Source: Paraspadella gotoi
Taxonomy: Eukaryota > Animalia > Chaetognatha
Direction: 5' to 3'
DNA length: 64,000 nt
NCBI GenBank assembly: GCA_051294375.1
Contig: CM119263.1
Location: forward strand, 16,955,777 to 17,019,776
Shown: in pieces, positions 53,294 to 64,000 of the stretch
Layout of the letters: every line of letters begins with the position of its first letter
How positions within the stretch are numbered: position 1 is the stretch's first letter
Program-made: the position numbers and the translations under genes
Notes under the pieces: model-generated
Seen by the model: only the letters and a program-made list of their open reading frames with translations
The model's database searches: none
Told to the model about the DNA's origin: nothing

Positions 53294-54057
53294 GAAAAAG
53301 AGGTGGAGACGATAAAGTTACCAGCATTGACCGATTTGTGACCTCACGAGTCACGAATATGCTTTAAAACGCGCATCTTCCATGGCGTCTTCAATTCCCA
53401 ACGATCGATAAATTGACTGACTGACTGAAACATTTTTCCTCCAAACCTCCAAACATTTGTCTCTTTAACGGATGCGTCGCCGCTCGCAATTGGGGGATAA
53501 GTTGCCCCGTGAATTATGTGAGAGGTGAATTTCTCCCGAGTAAAGTTGGGAAACGCGGGCGAAAAGGTGAAGAGTTTTATGAATTATAGCTGGAATGAGG
53601 GGGGCGGTTTGGAAAAAAAAAAAAAGAGGTGAGAGACGATAAAGTTACCAGCATTGACCGATTTGTGACCTACGAGTCACGAATATGCTTTAAAACGCGC
53701 ATCTTCCATGGCGTCTTCAATCCCAACGATCGATAAATTGACTGACTGACTGAAACATTTTTCCTCCAAACCTCCAAACATTTGTCTCTTTAACGGATGC
53801 GTCGCCGCTCGCAATGGGGATAAGTTGCCCCGTGAATTATGTGAAGAGGTGAATTTCTTCCCGAGTAAAGTTGGGAAACGCGGGCGAAAAGGTGAAAGTT
53901 TTATGAATTATAGCTGGAATAGGGGGGCGGTTTGGGGGGGAGTGATAAAGACGAGGATGTCACGTGGTTCGACCGATGAATCNNNNNNNNNNNNNNNNNN
54001 NNNNNNNGGAGTGGAGTGATAAAGACGAGGATGTCACGTGGGTTCGACCGATGAATC
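53294..54057 (+). repeat. Segment C: ~320-bp tandem duplication plus ~45-bp overlap across a 25-N gap
   Basis: 53294-53611 matches 53620-53935; 53939-53982 is repeated after gap 53983-54007. Confidence 0.93.
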
Positions 54058-55092
54058 GGCGGGAAAAGAGAAGGTTAAAAGGAAAATGGGAGGAAGAGAA
54101 GAAAAGGTGAAAGGAAGAGAGTGAAAGGTCGAGAAAGGAAGATAAAAGGCGAGATCTATCATCGCTTCCTCGGCGAGAAAGGAAGAGGAAGAATTAAAAG
54201 GATGGTCGGAATGTGAGATTAAAAAGGAGAAAATGTGAAAGAGAAAGAGAAGAGGATCTCTGAAATTAGGGAAGAGGCGAAATAAGGATCGAGAAAGCCC
54301 GGAGTCAAGTTTGATCGAATCAATACAAGAATAAACCATTCAATATTCAAGATATTGATAGCAAAAAGTAGCAAAAATTAAATAATTTTAAAAATGCATT
54401 CATCCAAAAAAGGGGGTCAGAGCATGAACGCGGAGTGACATATTATGAATTATGCGAGAGAGAAGCCAAGTCACATTTTTAAGGAGGTTGAAACAATTCA
54501 CGTTCATTCCATCCTCGAACGGAATCCATCAGTTTTCACCGAAATGAAAAATAGTATAAATCTAGAGTTAATCTAAAACAATTTTGACTTTTATCGTTTC
54601 TTTTTATTCGAAAAAAAAAATATTCGGAAGAGTAAAATTTCAGAGAATAAAAAAAAAAACCCCACTCGTTCTCACCTTTAGGATTCTCCCAAATAGAGCC
54701 TCACTCACTTTTTTTCCCTTAATTTAGTCACGCAAGTTTCTTCCCCTCGCTAAGTTCGTATAATTTGGTCATTTCTCTTCATCCTTTTTTTTTTTCCTTC
54801 TCATTCCTCAACCGCTAAAATATCACATTCAAGGACTGGATTTCATTCTCATTTTTGTCTTTCCTTTCTACTCATCTCTATCCTCTATTTCTATTCGAAC
54901 TTTCTTTCTTCTTCCTTTCTTTTCCTCTCATCCCTTTCTCCATCCTCCTTAATTGTTCTCTCCCCCCCCCCCCCGCCCCCCTCAATCGCCCTGAGGGATA
55001 GGCCCGAAACAAGAAAATCCAGGGCGAAGAAAAATCAAAAGAAAAAACTGAAAAATCAAAGCAAATCTTAATCTCAATCTTGTCTCTTCTCT

Positions 55093-55138
<46 letters not shown>

Positions 55139-56652
55139 CCCTCTCTCTTCTCGTTGAAATGATTTATAATTTTTTGCCTTTAAATTTTTTCTGAGAGGAT
55201 GCCTGCCGCCTTTTTTTTATTCTTTTATGTTGTGTGCGAGGAGAAAGAGAGAGAGGAGAGGGGGGAGGGCGGATAACGACATTTTCTTGCAAATATGGTG
55301 GAAATAAAAGATATGCAAAAAAGTTGATTGTGATTTATTGAATATTTTTTTCATTGTTTCTTAAGGTTAGAATTCAAAATATCCCCACTCCCCTCTCTAG
55401 AATCTACATAATAATAGGAAATCGCGGTCGGATCAAGCGACGTACACGGAACAAAATATCTCAGCCCTCAACGACGCGGAGTTGCAGAAAGCCGGGATAA
55501 ACCGTACGATCAGAGAGTAACGAAAAGCCACATACAATAAATCACATGCCTCTGAAATTAAAACAGTTTGTTTATTTGTAGAATATTCAATGTAACAAGG
55601 GACATCATTAATCGTCTCTAGGCGGGAAAAGAGAAGGTTAAAAGGAAAAATGGGAGGAAGAGAAGAAAAGGTGAAAGGAAGAGAGTGAAAGGTCGAGAAA
55701 GGAAGATAAAAGGCGAGTCTATCATCGCTTCCTTCGGCGAGAAAGGAAGAGGGAAGAATTAAAAGGATGGTCGGAATGTGAGATTAAAAAGGGAGAAAAG
55801 TGAAAGAGAAAGAGAAGAGGATCTCTGAAATTAGGGAAGAGGCGAAATAAGGATCGAGAAAGCCCGGGAGTCAAGTTTGATCGAATCAATACAAGAATAA
55901 ACCATTCAATATTCAAGATATTGATAGCAAAAGTAGCAAAAATTAAATAATTTTAAAAATGCATTCATCCAAAAAAGGGGGTCAGAGCATGAACGGCGGA
56001 GTGACATATTATGAATTATGCGAGAGAGAAGCCAAGTCACATTTTTAAGGAGGTGAAACAATTCACGTTTCATTCCATCCTCGAACGGAATCCATCAGTT
56101 TTCCACGAAATGAAAAATAGTATAATTCTAGAGTTAATCTAAAACAATTTTGACTTTTATCGTTCTCTTTTTATTCGAAAAAAAAATATTCGGAAGTAAA
56201 ATTTCAGAGAGATAAAAAAAAAACCCCACTCGTTCTCACCTTTTTAGGATTCTCCAAATAGAGCCTCACTCACTTTTTTTTCCCTTAATTTAGTCACGCA
56301 AGTTTCTTCCCCTCGCTAAGTTCGTATAATTTGGTCATTTCTCTTCATCCTTTTTTTTTTCCTTCTCATTCCTCAACCGTAAAATATCACATTCAAGGAC
56401 TGGATTTCATTCTCATTTTTTGTCTTTCCTTTTCTACTCATCTCTATCCTCTATTTCTATTCGAACTTTCTTTCTTCTTTCCTTTCTTTTCCTCTCATCC
56501 CTTTCTCCATCCTCCTTAATTTCGTTCTCGTCCGGCGCGCCACCCGCGCCCCTCAATCGCCCTGAGGGATAGGCCGAAACAGAAAATCCAGGGCGGAAGA
56601 AAAATCAAAAGAAAACTGAAAAATCAAAGCAAATCTTAGTCTCAATCTTGCC

Positions 56653-56700
<48 letters not shown>

Positions 56701-56983
56701 CTCTCCTCTCTCTCTCTCTCTCTGTTGAAATGATTTATAATTTTTTGCCTTTAAATTTTTTTCTGAGAGGATGCCTGCCGCTTTTTTTTATTCTTTTATG
56801 TGTGTGCGAGAGAAAGAGAGAGAGAGAGGGGGGAGGCGGATAACGACATTTTCTTGCAAATATGGTGGAAATAAAAGATATGCAAAAAAGTTGATTGGAT
56901 TTATTGAATATTTTTTTCATTGTTTCGTTAAGGTTAGAATTTCAAAGATTCCCCACTCCCCTCTCTAGAATCTACATAATAAT
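54058..56983 (+). repeat. Segment D: 1.36-kb direct duplication (54058-55415 / 55621-56983) around a 205-bp unique spacer
   Basis: Colinear copies with indel-type differences and no N gap between them. Confidence 0.95.
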
Positions 56984-57373
56984 TTGATTAAAAACGAGTA
57001 AAATTTATAATCTAACAGCAAACCTTGAATTTTTTAGTACCTGAACATTTGAGTCTATGTATTTTTCTTGGATAAACGCAACTACTACCAAAGCATCTTT
57101 ATTTCCTTTTCTCTCCAGTTCCTGAGCCACGAGTGTAATATACATATTACATAATGTATATAATATATATATATATATATAATGTATCTGGGTTCCGTCG
57201 TAATGTCGGGAAAAAAATTAGGGGGAAGGAGAGAATGAAGTGAAGAGAGAGAATGCGAGAGAGAAAGAGAGAGACCGCGTCACAAACTATACAACTCCAG
57301 CTTTTCCCCGCTCCGTTTCTTTTCTCTTCCTCGTTCTCTCTCTTTTATCGCTTTCTTCCGGTGAAATTCACAA

Positions 57374-57488
<115 letters not shown>

Positions 57489-57564
57489 AAATAGCCAAAG
57501 TCTAGAGAAATTGAGTCAATACTGACGTTGACATTTAGTAGTGAGGTTGACATAGGGACAAAAA

Positions 57565-57945
57565 TGGAATCTGTTCAAGAAAGTGATTATTATATGGGAG
57601 ATGAAAGATGAGTGATGAGAGATATAAGATGAAATATTTAAAGTATAAGAAATATCAGAAAAAACGAAGATTATGAGAAAGAATGACAAGCAAAATGCTA
57701 AACTCGTAAAAATGGCGATAATCAGTTTTCAGGAAAAAACATTACTCTAATGAAAATAAGACGAAAAAAAAATTAAGTTGCTTTCAGAGGAAATGCAAGG
57801 AAAGAATTTGAACGTGGCCATGAATGAAAGGACGAAGGAATGACTAGAGTGATCATCAGTGTGAAAAATTGGGAGAAATAATTAAAGTTAATAGCAGAAA
57901 ATAACTAAAAGGAGATACTTGCACTGTGTGAGAGTTAGAGGTATG
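57565..57945 (+). mobile_element. Heavily decayed RTE-like non-LTR retrotransposon fragment (region C-terminal to RT)
   Basis: A-rich + strand. Broken frames read ESVQESDYYMG (cf. EQVxxFxYLG) and KKLSCFQRKCKERI-NVAMNERT-ND...EKLGEIIK (cf. RTE KLxxFQRKCxRRILxVxxxDRxRNE). Confidence 0.5.
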
Positions 57946-58802
57946 TATGAGGCCAGTAAAAGTATTAATCGTGTAACTTACAGCGCATGAAAATGTAATA
58001 TACTACAAATATAGAGATGCGAAAAAAACCCATCAGTAAATCATCTCCTTTTCCTCGCGGTTAATCCTGGGCCGGGGCCTTTCACCGCTTATCCCAAACT
58101 TCTCAGGTTTTCGCTTCGCCAACCCTCACCTTTAACTCGTGAGGAAAACTCGTGTCCTTTACTCACCTTTTGATTCGACACAAGGAAACTTACGTTTTCG
58201 CCTCATTTTCAACTCACGTTTAATTCTTTGTCCCTACTCGCCTTTTCACAATCCAAAAAAACTCGTACTATGCCCTAACAATTCCTATGAAATTGATACG
58301 ACCAATGTAAAATTATCCATACATTCAATCCTCGGTTATTTATTAAAGAAAAAGACGAATTCTTAGAACGAAAGATGTACTAATGTACTTTGAATTCGAA
58401 GAACTTCCCATTCTCTCGTCTCAGCACTTAAAAGCGATTCTTATCTTACTCTCTCTTTTCGTTTAAAACACACATTTTTTTTTTCACACGTTTCAAATTT
58501 GTAAAATTTCTTTCGTGTCAAATGTTGTCAACGGGTTTTCTCCTTCGAAAAGAAGAAGAATAAACTAAGCGGCTTCACTTGGAGACATTCCAATCGAATT
58601 CCAACCTCTTGTTAGAAAGTTGATTGTCTCTCCCTCGTACCACCAGTCTTCGCTCGGTTTTTTTTTTCTGTCTCAAACTTTCATTCGGGGAGAAATAGTG
58701 AGATTGAGAGAGAGAGAATAGGGGGAAGAGTAAAAGAGAATGTGAAGGACGTTGGAATTGTCTGAGATTTTCCTATCTCGATTTGTGGGGGATCAGGCTG
58801 CC

Positions 58803-58910
58803 AGGTCACGTGGTCTCAAAGGCGTCTTGCGATTGGTTTAAATTTCGCGGATGAGCGGCCAATGGGAAACGGAGGTGGAAAGGCGATATGGCGCGTGAGC
58901 GGATTGGGGT
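58803..58910. promoter_or_regulatory. Promoter-like motif cluster (E-box, three CCAAT boxes, E2F/CHR-like)
   Basis: GGTCACGTGG 58804, ATTGG 58832, TTTAAA 58837, TTTCGCGG 58843, CCAAT 58859, ATTGG 58903. Confidence 0.45.
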
Positions 58911-59188
58911 TTTAATAGGAAAGAGAAAGACATGAAGAAAAGGAAAGGAATATAAAAAAGACGGAAGGGAATTAGAGGGGAAAAATGGCAGGTAAAAATA
59001 TTTATTTAGAGAAAATTATTTGGTGGAATCGTGAAACAGTTATATATAAATCTAAAATTAGAAACAGAAGAGAAAACCAAGAGATCTACCAAAATAAAAA
59101 ATAAAGAAGAGAAGACCGAGATAGAGCTCGTGACAAAGACCTCATAGAAAAAGGACATGATGACAAGAATCAAATAACCAGGAAGAGT

Positions 59189-59254
<66 letters not shown>

Positions 59255-59353
59255 TGGAAAGATGGAAAAAGAAATCCAGGAGCTCCGGCGAAGCGTGGCA
59301 TCGAGAACTCTGATGTTTGAATTACCTCCTTTTTTTTCCCTCTACTCTTCAGG

Positions 59354-59398
59354 GATGGCATCTGATGGCATCTGATGGCATCTGATGGCGTCTGATGG
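59354..59398. repeat. 10-bp tandem repeat (GATGGCATCT) x ~4.5
   Basis: Directly visible. Confidence 0.92.
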
Positions 59399-59719
59399 AT
59401 TTCAAATTGGCAAACCGAGAAAAAAAAATCAAAAAGGGTGATTTTCTGCTCGACGCTGTAAACTGTTGCTGAAAGCTGTGGTCGTCGTCGTCGTCGTCGT
59501 CGTCGTCTTTGTTTCGCCTGTTCTTGCCCCAAGTCTTGATCGTCATCGTAAAAAAAAGTTAGGTCATACCCTCCCCATCAAAAAACGCATTTAAATCTGG
59601 TTCCATGTTGACTGACGCAAACCTCAATAAAACCCTCGCTGCGTTAAACGCAAAACGAAAACCAGAAAAAATGAGGGAAAAGTGAGAAACTAGTAAAAGG
59701 AAAAAAAAAGGAAAATACT

Positions 59720-59964
59720 GTGGCGGTGTATTCACACGTCCACAATCAGTCAGCCAAATCGATTGGCTAAGAAGTGGAACACACCATCCCAGGCTTAGTG
59801 TTCCATCCACAGTCCTAACAACTTCCCTCTGAATTGGCAAAGCGAGCCCGTCCTAGGGTAACCGCGCCAGTGACTGGAGGCGTCACTGAGGGTCGGAAGC
59901 CCCCAAAGCCAACAGTGAGATGCCCCATCCCAAGGGGTATCACAGGCAACCCGGCTGTTGCAAT
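59720..59964 (+). mobile_element. Structured-RNA-like insert (retroelement 5' UTR / SINE-like or ncRNA) with AATACT flanking repeats
   Basis: Eight or more predicted helices with G-U wobbles favouring the + strand; composition unlike the flanks; AATACT at 59714-59719 and 59965-59970. Confidence 0.55.
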
Positions 59965-60254
59965 AATACTTTTAAATTATACTCAGTTTTACTCACTGCA
60001 AGGCAAATGTGAACAAGGAAAATCTTTTAAAAATATTGAGAGTTAAAAAAGGGTTGAAAAAAATTTACAGATTTGAAAAACAATTTTAAAGAAAAAAAAA
60101 TTTCGATACTTCGTCGCAGGCGTCGCTGCGTAAACGGCCTGACATCCGCCAACGTCATTTCCGCACACCTCGTTGTTGTTGTTGTTGTCATGAAGCGGAA
60201 AGCGAAGACTTCACCAGATAATTTTTTTTATTTACTCCACCGCGTTTCCTTCCA

Positions 60255-60543
60255 CTATCGGCGCTTCAGTCGCTCGCTGCTCAAACCCGGAAGAATTTCG
60301 ACATTTACGGCGCGAATTTCGCCGCCGGCGCCGATTTCCGCATTTGGATTTATTCCCGGCGTCCTATCCGGCCTCATTTCCGGCGTCTTTTTTCCGGCCT
60401 CCTTTTTTTTGGCGCTATTTCCGGCGATATACATCCGTTGGCAGCGGCGAGCGGCGCCAACGTCACTTCCCGTCTCGCGACGCCGAATGTCCGACGTTGA
60501 TGGGAGGGCGACGCCGTCGGGAAAAGGTGGCGCGGATGGCGCG
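60255..60543 (-). CDS. Candidate terminal exon (APSAPPFPDGVALPSTSD...EIRAVNVEILPGLSSERLKRR*)
   Basis: Pyrimidine-rich tract plus AAATAAG acceptor; 1+96 codons open to TAG; PSAP motif. Confidence 0.35.
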
Positions 60544-61785
60544 CTTATTTGTCGACCGACGTCAAAAAAGTCAGGAGGGAAAAAGACGGCAGGAGGTGGG
60601 GTGGGAGAATGGTACGAGGAATGTGGGTGGCGAGTGTGAAACCTTTCAGAAAAAAGCGGGCGCCAAAGGGAGAGGCTGGTTAAGACGTTGCCAATGAGAA
60701 AAGCTCACTCTCGTGACGTGAGTGTGAGGAGTGATAATGGTCATTGGTCAAGGGCCCTGGACGTTGCCAAGATCAAGAAGAAGAAGGTTTGATGAGTCAT
60801 GCCGAAAATCCTTTCGCCGTCCCGATCTCCCGGTGGGCGTGGCAGAGGAAATAGGGTCAATGAAAAAGGGGAGGAAACTTCCGGTTTGGGTCATCAAAGC
60901 AGCGGGAGGGAGATTCGACCAGAGTTTGGAGAGGGAGGTGAGAGGTCGCGGAGAGAACAGTAACAGAATCCATAGATTGACGGGGATATTTATTTCCCCG
61001 CGACTGAACAAGATTAAGACTAAAGATGTAAGTGCAATCAATTTGGGCGAACGACCTGGTATAATTTGTTATGCATACGTTCGATGTGAATTAAGTATCA
61101 AGGAACACCGACGTGAGTGGCTGCCAATGAAAGTCGTTTCTTTCACTGTCTTACGAAATATCCGATCGTTTCCATATTTCTCGCGGCAGTCGCGAGGGTC
61201 GTTGACATTTCAGCCAGTCGGAAAAAGCATAAATGACGTAATAAAGTCATGAAAAAAAATATCAGGCAAAAAGAGCTATCGCCCCGTCTTTAATCTGCAT
61301 TATATAAATACTTAAAAAGAGGCGCCTCTAAAAAAAAAGGATTCTTCGGTGCCCCAAACTTCCGGCAGATGGAAGCGTTTAACCTTTCGCCGTCCGATAT
61401 CTTCGACTATCATTGCCCGCTCTCTGGCACCCGCCGCCGTCAATCAGTGGGTCATCGCCGCCATAAAACTCGGGACGATTGCTCTTTTGTTGAGTTTGTT
61501 GGAGGAGGAAGAGGGAAGATGAGGAAGAAGGATTTCGAAGGAAAAAGGAAATCATGAAGAGTTCTCTGCTCGAATCTTGTGTTCATGGGAAAGTTTAATT
61601 ACAATTATTTCCCTATCAGTAGAAAAGGATAAGAAAATGAAAAAAAGGATTTTTGGCCCGATAAACCTATCTCTGTCTCATTGAAAGTTACATTTACGGT
61701 ATCTTATATTTATTTAAATTATAATTATAATTATTTTTATAGTTATAATTATTATTTTTAACACTTTTTTTCCCCCTCTTTTCTT

Positions 61786-61878
<93 letters not shown>

Positions 61879-64000
61879 GACACTCGTTTTTCACGGTCAT
61901 AGACCCCGAGTTTAATTCGAATCAACGACTCACGGCTCAGCAAATGTTGCGAGTCACCGCCAGCGAGAGAGCCAAAAATTACTCCAAATCAATTGGCTCG
62001 AACGAATACCATTGGTGACTCCATCGGGGCCAAAATCGATGCTCAATGATGGAAATTGACGTTTCGATCAAGACGGCGATAATCGTGGAACCGCGGTTTT
62101 ATTCACGAGCCATGACGTTTGTTAAACCAATTCAGGACATAGCAACAGTTTCCTGAGTCACTTCATGTAGATGCAGTCACCGAAACCGCCGCCGCCNNNN
62201 NNNNNNCCGCCGCCGCCTTCTTCCTCGCTTCAAGGCCTAATTCCCTCCTTTTATCGTCTCGAGCGGAGGGATCGGAATTTATGGGGAAAACTTGATCCTC
62301 GCCGAACCGGTGACAGGAATGGGATAGGAGATTGAGGGATCGGGGATGGAATCGGGGATGGAATCGGGGATTGACATGGATGAAAGATCAATACGAGACG
62401 AAGACGAATTCTAAGAACCAGGGTACCAAAAAAAAAAAAAAATAAATGAAAACAAACAAAATAAAAAAAAACATAAAACAAACGAAGCAAAACAAAAAAG
62501 GTTGGTAAAGGTCAACGACGATCTCCGTGAGTAAAAAAAACCCGCGACAATAAAAGGCGACGATGACGACGTCGAAGACGAAGAAGACGACGACCACGAC
62601 GACTTCCGTAAGACGGTGGAGCGAGCGGAAGTGGGCAGGGACAGCTGTCGTTGACGCGATAATGCCGGCGGAAGGAGGCGACGCTGAGTTATTTTTAGAA
62701 ACTAATTTTCGAGTCAAATATACAAACTCTGTCGTCGGGAGCATTTTTTTTTTCCGGCCAGGACCAAAATGTGGGAAAGGAACGAAAAAGAGGGGGGGGG
62801 GAAAGGAAAGCCAATTCGAGTCTTCGAATGGAGGACGAGATGGCCGCTCGAGAATGTTCGCCAATCATCGGTGAATCATCTTCTTGATTTAAAAAGCCGC
62901 CGAGGCTGATGAGGAGTTGATTCTTAATTAATTGAGTTTTATTATCGGAGATCGTCAGGGGGGGGGTTATGGAAATTTTGGCTCTTTACGTCTGATCGTG
63001 GAAATCTACAATAGGTGATATGTATCTTTTTGTAACTATTTGTCGATGGTAATTGGCACAGAAACTATTGTAGTCTGTAGGTTTGTCTTTTCTTTGTTTA
63101 CTATAACGAAACTAAATAGTAATGAACATTTTAAAGAAAGAAAATACATACATAAGAAAGAAGGGCTAACAAAAAGATCGAAAGGGAAAAAAAATTGGCG
63201 GGAAGGGGTTGAAATAAAGGATGAAGCGCGAGAGAGAGAGAGAGAGAAAAAAAAAGATGAGATGAAAGATGAGATGAGTTGAGAGGAAGAGCCGAGGAGA
63301 GTGGCCGGCCGCTCCTCGTTGGCCAAACACTATTACCAACATTTTATCGCCCATGACGTCGATGATGACGACGACGACGACGGAGACGACGGCGACGACG
63401 TCGATAACGACGATGAACGACGCTGACTGCTCCTCAATGTTTTTCGAGGTTCCTGTCTGTCAAAGGAACGAGCCTTCTGTGATAGACAAGAAATTGGTAG
63501 GGAGCAGAGAATCAGGAAGAAGGGGTGGGGAATGGGGGTGGGGGGTAGAGGGGCCGAGGATGGAAGAAGGAACGCTTCCAGAACACGACCGAGAAATCGA
63601 TATGAAATGGAATGAAGGAAGGCGGCTCGCTCTCACTCTCTTTTTTTCTTCTTCTTCTTTTTTTCTTTCCTTCTTTCTTTTTATTTTTTTCTCTGACACA
63701 TTCGTTTTCGATATCATTAACAAAATTGGCATCATTCTGTGCAATTATTCCATCGACTGACCGATGTCGAGATATCAAGAACAATATTTTACATCGTAAG
63801 GCCTGGGGGATTATTCCGCTTATATTCGTTGTGTATCGTTATCCAAAACTATTCAAGTTACTTTCGATTCGGATGTCAACTTCTGAGATTATCCTCCGTA
63901 GTCCATACAGTTCGTATTTGATTTTTTTCCCCATTTTCTTAGTCACATCCGATATCCACTTTTCTTCCGAGTTATCAATTTCTCTTACGTTTCCGCGTCC

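Noticed and set aside
59720-59964. RNase P/MRP, 7SK, SRP, tRNA, hammerhead or twister identity for the structured insert; solo LTR
   Set aside because: Diagnostic motifs (P4 GAAAGUC, paired GAUC, CUGAUGA/GAAA, UUCGAA T-loop) are not found on either strand. The TG..CA ends lack a matching 4-6 bp TSD.
60731-61252. 173-aa + ORF and 97-aa antisense ORF as genes
   Set aside because: No recognisable domain or consistent splice donor; strand undecidable.
61903-62220. Exon after a (CT)n tract, or a minus-strand exon with a GTGAGT donor at 61933
   Set aside because: Every frame is interrupted within ~50 codons and the strand signals conflict.

Overview
Eukaryotic (probably invertebrate metazoan) draft-assembly DNA: AT-rich, CpG-undepleted, saturated with (AG)n/(CT)n, (GAC)n and (GCC)n microsatellites, with GT-AG introns and many single-base indels. 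Nearly all ORFs in the supplied track are microsatellite or antisense artefacts. About 30 kb lies in near-identical direct duplications (22026-37446 x3, 37763-47978 x2, 53294-56983). Most abut exactly-25-N gaps and differ almost only by indels, so they look like long-read gap-filling artefacts rather than biology. The firmest elements are an internally deleted Tc1-family transposon with TA target sites and D35E spacing (28054-28520, copy at 34834-35304), a spliced ~95-aa single-pass membrane protein gene (8088-6565, minus), a frameshifted RING-HC exon (14360-14216, minus), a Thr-rich 39-bp coding-like repeat, a decayed RTE-like LINE fragment, and several orphan spliced genes with 36-42 nt introns. 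The most intriguing non-coding item is a ~245-nt, highly base-paired insert with a possible pseudoknot, flanked by AATACT direct repeats (59720-59964). I found no tRNA, rRNA or CRISPR array and no gene I can name with confidence, and I cannot claim a new multi-gene system from the sequence alone.
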